64,000 nt of DNA from Gemmatimonadota bacterium (GTDB taxonomy: Bacteria > Gemmatimonadota > Gemmatimonadetes > JACCXV01 > JAHWKZ01): positions 2,821 to 66,820 of the forward strand of contig JBOHRQ010000003.1 in the NCBI GenBank assembly GCA_050732875.1. The letters run 5' to 3'. Positions 61,866 through 64,000 of the stretch are shown in pieces (within the stretch, counting starts at the first letter, position 1; each line of letters begins with the position of its first letter). The notes beneath the pieces were generated by a model, which saw nothing but the letters and a program-made list of their open reading frames with translations, did not search any database and was not told the origin of the DNA. The translations under genes and the position numbers were made by a program.

Positions 61866-62918
61866 TCAATCCAGGACCAGCGCGGTCCCACCCCGCGGCA
61901 CGACCTCGCCGATCCTCCGGGCGGCCTCGGCGCCCGCGGCGTGCAATCGCTCGACGATCTCCTCGCTTCGCCCCTCCGGCACCGGGAGCAGGAGCCCGCC
62001 GCTCGTCTGCGGGTCGAAGACGACGCGGACGAGAGCTTCGGGAATCGCGTCGCCGATCTCCATGCGCGGCCCGAAGAAATCGCGGTTCAACACCCCGCCG
62101 CCCGGCACATGGCCCTCCTCCGCCATCGCCAGCGCCCGCTCGAAGATCGGGAGCGCGCCGGCGTCGATCCGGAGCGTGACCCCGCTCGCATCCGCGAGCT
62201 GGACGCCGTGCCCGGCGAGGCCGAACCCGGTGACGTCGGTGGCCGCTCGGACGCCGACCTCCAGCGCGATCTCCGCCGCGGGCCCGTTCAGCGCCTTCAT
62301 CGCGTTGATGGCGGGCGCCAGGGCCGCCTCGTCCAGCGCCCGCCGCTTCAGCGCCGTCGTCAGCACACCGGTGCCGAGCGGCTTGGTCAGGACCAGCACG
62401 TCCCCGGGCTTCGCGCCCGCGTTCGTGAGGATGCGGTCGGGATGGGCGGTGCCGGTCACGGCGAGCCCGTACTTGAGCTCCTCGTCCTGGATCGAATGGC
62501 CGCCGACCAACGCGCAGCGTGCCTCGTGCGCCTTGTCCGCACCACCGGCCATGATCGAGCCCAGGATCTCGGGTTCGAGTCCCGACGGGGGCCAGCACAC
62601 GAGCGCCAGGGCCGTGCGCGGCGTCCCGCCCATCGCGTAGACGTCCGAGAGCGCGTTGGCGGCCGCGATCTGCCCGTAGTCGTAGGGATCGTCGACGATC
62701 GGGGTAAAGAAATCGACGGTCTGGATCAGCGCCAGGTCGGCACTCAGGCGGTACACGCCGGCGTCGTCGTAGGACTCGGTGCCCACGAGCACGTTCGGAT
62801 CGGGTTCGTGCCGCGGCATCCTCGCGAGCGCGCGGCGCAGGTCCTCCGGACCCAGCTTCGACGCTCAACCCGCGCAGCGCACCTTCTCGGTCAGCCGCGT
62901 GATCTCCTCGCTCGTCAT
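61866..62918 (-). CDS. selD: Selenide, water dikinase (selenophosphate synthetase). It is a selenoprotein with an in-frame UGA (Sec) at 62865-62867.
   Basis: Translating through the TGA gives [42 protein letters not shown]. The U aligns with the catalytic Cys17 (Sec in selenoprotein SelDs). The ORF-track ORF starts artificially at an internal Met after the TGA. Confidence 0.85.
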
Positions 62919-63010
62919 CTTCACGGGAGGAATATCGCCTTTCCGACCGCGTCCTGTCAGATCGAGGCCATGGCGCCGTGGCCGACGGGCCGCGGCGAGG
63001 CGCCGCGATG

Positions 63011-63394
63011 TCACCCCTCCCGGTACGCCACCGCCTCGATCTCGACCAGCGCGCCCTTCGGAAGCCCGGCCACCTGCACCGTCGACCGCGCCGGCGGCGG
63101 ATCCGCCACCATCTCCGCGTAGACCGCGTTGAAGGCCGCGAAGTCTGCCATGTCCCGCAGGAAGACGGTCGTCTTCACGATCCGATCCATCCCGCAGCCG
63201 GCGGCCTCGAGGACCGCCCGGATGTTCTCCAGCGCGCGGGTGGTCTGGGACTCGATGCTCTCAGCGAGCTCACCGCTCTCCGGATCGAGGCCAACCTGTC
63301 CGGCGGTGAACACCCAGTCTCCCGCCTCGACTCCCTGGCTGTACGGCCCCAGGGCCTCGGGCGCCCCTTCGGTGTGCACTGCACGTCGCGCCAT
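63011..63394 (-). CDS. ridA: RidA/YjgF-family reactive intermediate deaminase
   Basis: It contains APEALGPYSQG and the YjgF family signature. Confidence 0.85.
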   Translation of the reverse strand: MARRAVHTEGAPEALGPYSQGVEAGDWVFTAGQVGLDPESGELAESIESQTTRALENIRAVLEAAGCGMDRIVKTTVFLRDMADFAAFNAVYAEMVADPPPARSTVQVAGLPKGALVEIEAVAYREG

Positions 63395-63421
63395 GCTTCC
63401 TCCCGCGTGAGGGATCAACGA

Positions 63422-64000
63422 TCACCCGAACAACGCCTCCAGAGCGAAGTAGCACAACACCGTGACCCCCGCCGCCGCGGGGATGGTCACCACCCAGCTC
63501 GAAATGATGTTGCGAATCACGCGCAGGTCGAGCGCGGCCATCCCGCGCGCGAAACCGACGCCGACCACGGCCCCTACCAGCGTGTGGGTCGTGGAGATCG
63601 GCAGCCCCAGACGCGACGCGACGAGCACCGTCGTCGCGGTGCCGAACTCCGCCGAGAAGCCGCGCGTGGGGGTCATGGTGGTGATCTTGCGCCCGACCGT
63701 GTCGATCACCTTGTAGCCGTAGGTGCCGAGCCCGGCCACGATCCCGGCGCCGCCGACCAGGAGCAGCCAGAAGGGTACGGGAGCCTCGCCGCTCATCGAG
63801 CCCTGCGAGCGGATCTGGACGATGCCCGCCATGGGGCCGATCGCGTTAGCGACGTCATTGGCGCCGTGGGCAAAGGCGACGAAGCACGCGGTGACGACCT
63901 GGAGCCCGCCGAACAGTCGCTCGACGGCCGGTGCCCCGTGCCCGGCCGGGCGCGGGCGCCGCCGCAGCCAGGTCCGCATTCCCAAACCCACACCGGCGCC
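63422..64000 (-). CDS. Inorganic phosphate transporter of the PiT family (partial: C-terminal half only, the gene continues past the right edge).
   Basis: It has the GANDVANAIGP motif and C-terminal TM helices. Confidence 0.75.
   Translation of the reverse strand, partial: GAGVGLGMRTWLRRRPRPAGHGAPAVERLFGGLQVVTACFVAFAHGANDVANAIGPMAGIVQIRSQGSMSGEAPVPFWLLLVGGAGIVAGLGTYGYKVIDTVGRKITTMTPTRGFSAEFGTATTVLVASRLGLPISTTHTLVGAVVGVGFARGMAALDLRVIRNIISSWVVTIPAAAGVTVLCYFALEALFG

Overview
This is a 64 kb window from a high-GC (roughly 65-70% by eye) Gram-negative bacterium. The Gram-negative call rests on the envelope genes present: BamD, LolA, an LptE-like lipoprotein, PpiD, TatA and LPS-type nucleotide-sugar genes. 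I could not place the taxon. Coding density is very high and almost every gene is on the minus strand; the only plus-strand genes I call are an nfuA-like gene, ppiD and one small lipoprotein. Adjacent genes very often overlap by 4 nt (GTGA, ATGA or TTGA: GTG, ATG or TTG start plus TGA stop), so GTG and TTG starts are common. The ORF track shows M for these alternative starts and contains many spurious antisense ORFs caused by the high GC.

Gene content is mostly housekeeping:
- rimP-nusA
- accD-folC-hisS-phosphoesterase-guaA
- tsaE-tsaB-rimI
- uvrB, lolA, relA/spoT, radC, rho, secA
- nadD-bamD plus TPR lipoproteins
- a nucleotide-sugar run: hldE-ugd-uxs-udk-gmd
- ftsK, accC-accB-efp-pepP, ppiD, tatA, a polyprenyl synthase
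- a metH-metF fusion, hutU-hutI, selD, ridA, and a partial PiT transporter at the right edge

The observations most worth follow-up are:
1. A 474-aa LAGLIDADG-type intein sits at the catalytic cysteine of a WbpA/WecC-like UDP-sugar dehydrogenase.
2. selD is a selenoprotein, with an in-frame TGA at the conserved catalytic Cys/Sec position.
3. A 167-bp palindromic, Correia/IS630-like MITE occurs twice. Both copies are inserted at CTAG sites that are the TAG stop codons of relA and of the metH-metF fusion.
4. Two adjacent radical SAM enzymes (one atypical at 727 aa, one with a SPASM-like C-terminus) lie in the nucleotide-sugar cluster that also carries the intein gene.
5. A perfect 29-bp inverted repeat lies just downstream of rho.

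Interior start coordinates are estimates from alignment to conserved N-termini and may be off by a few codons.
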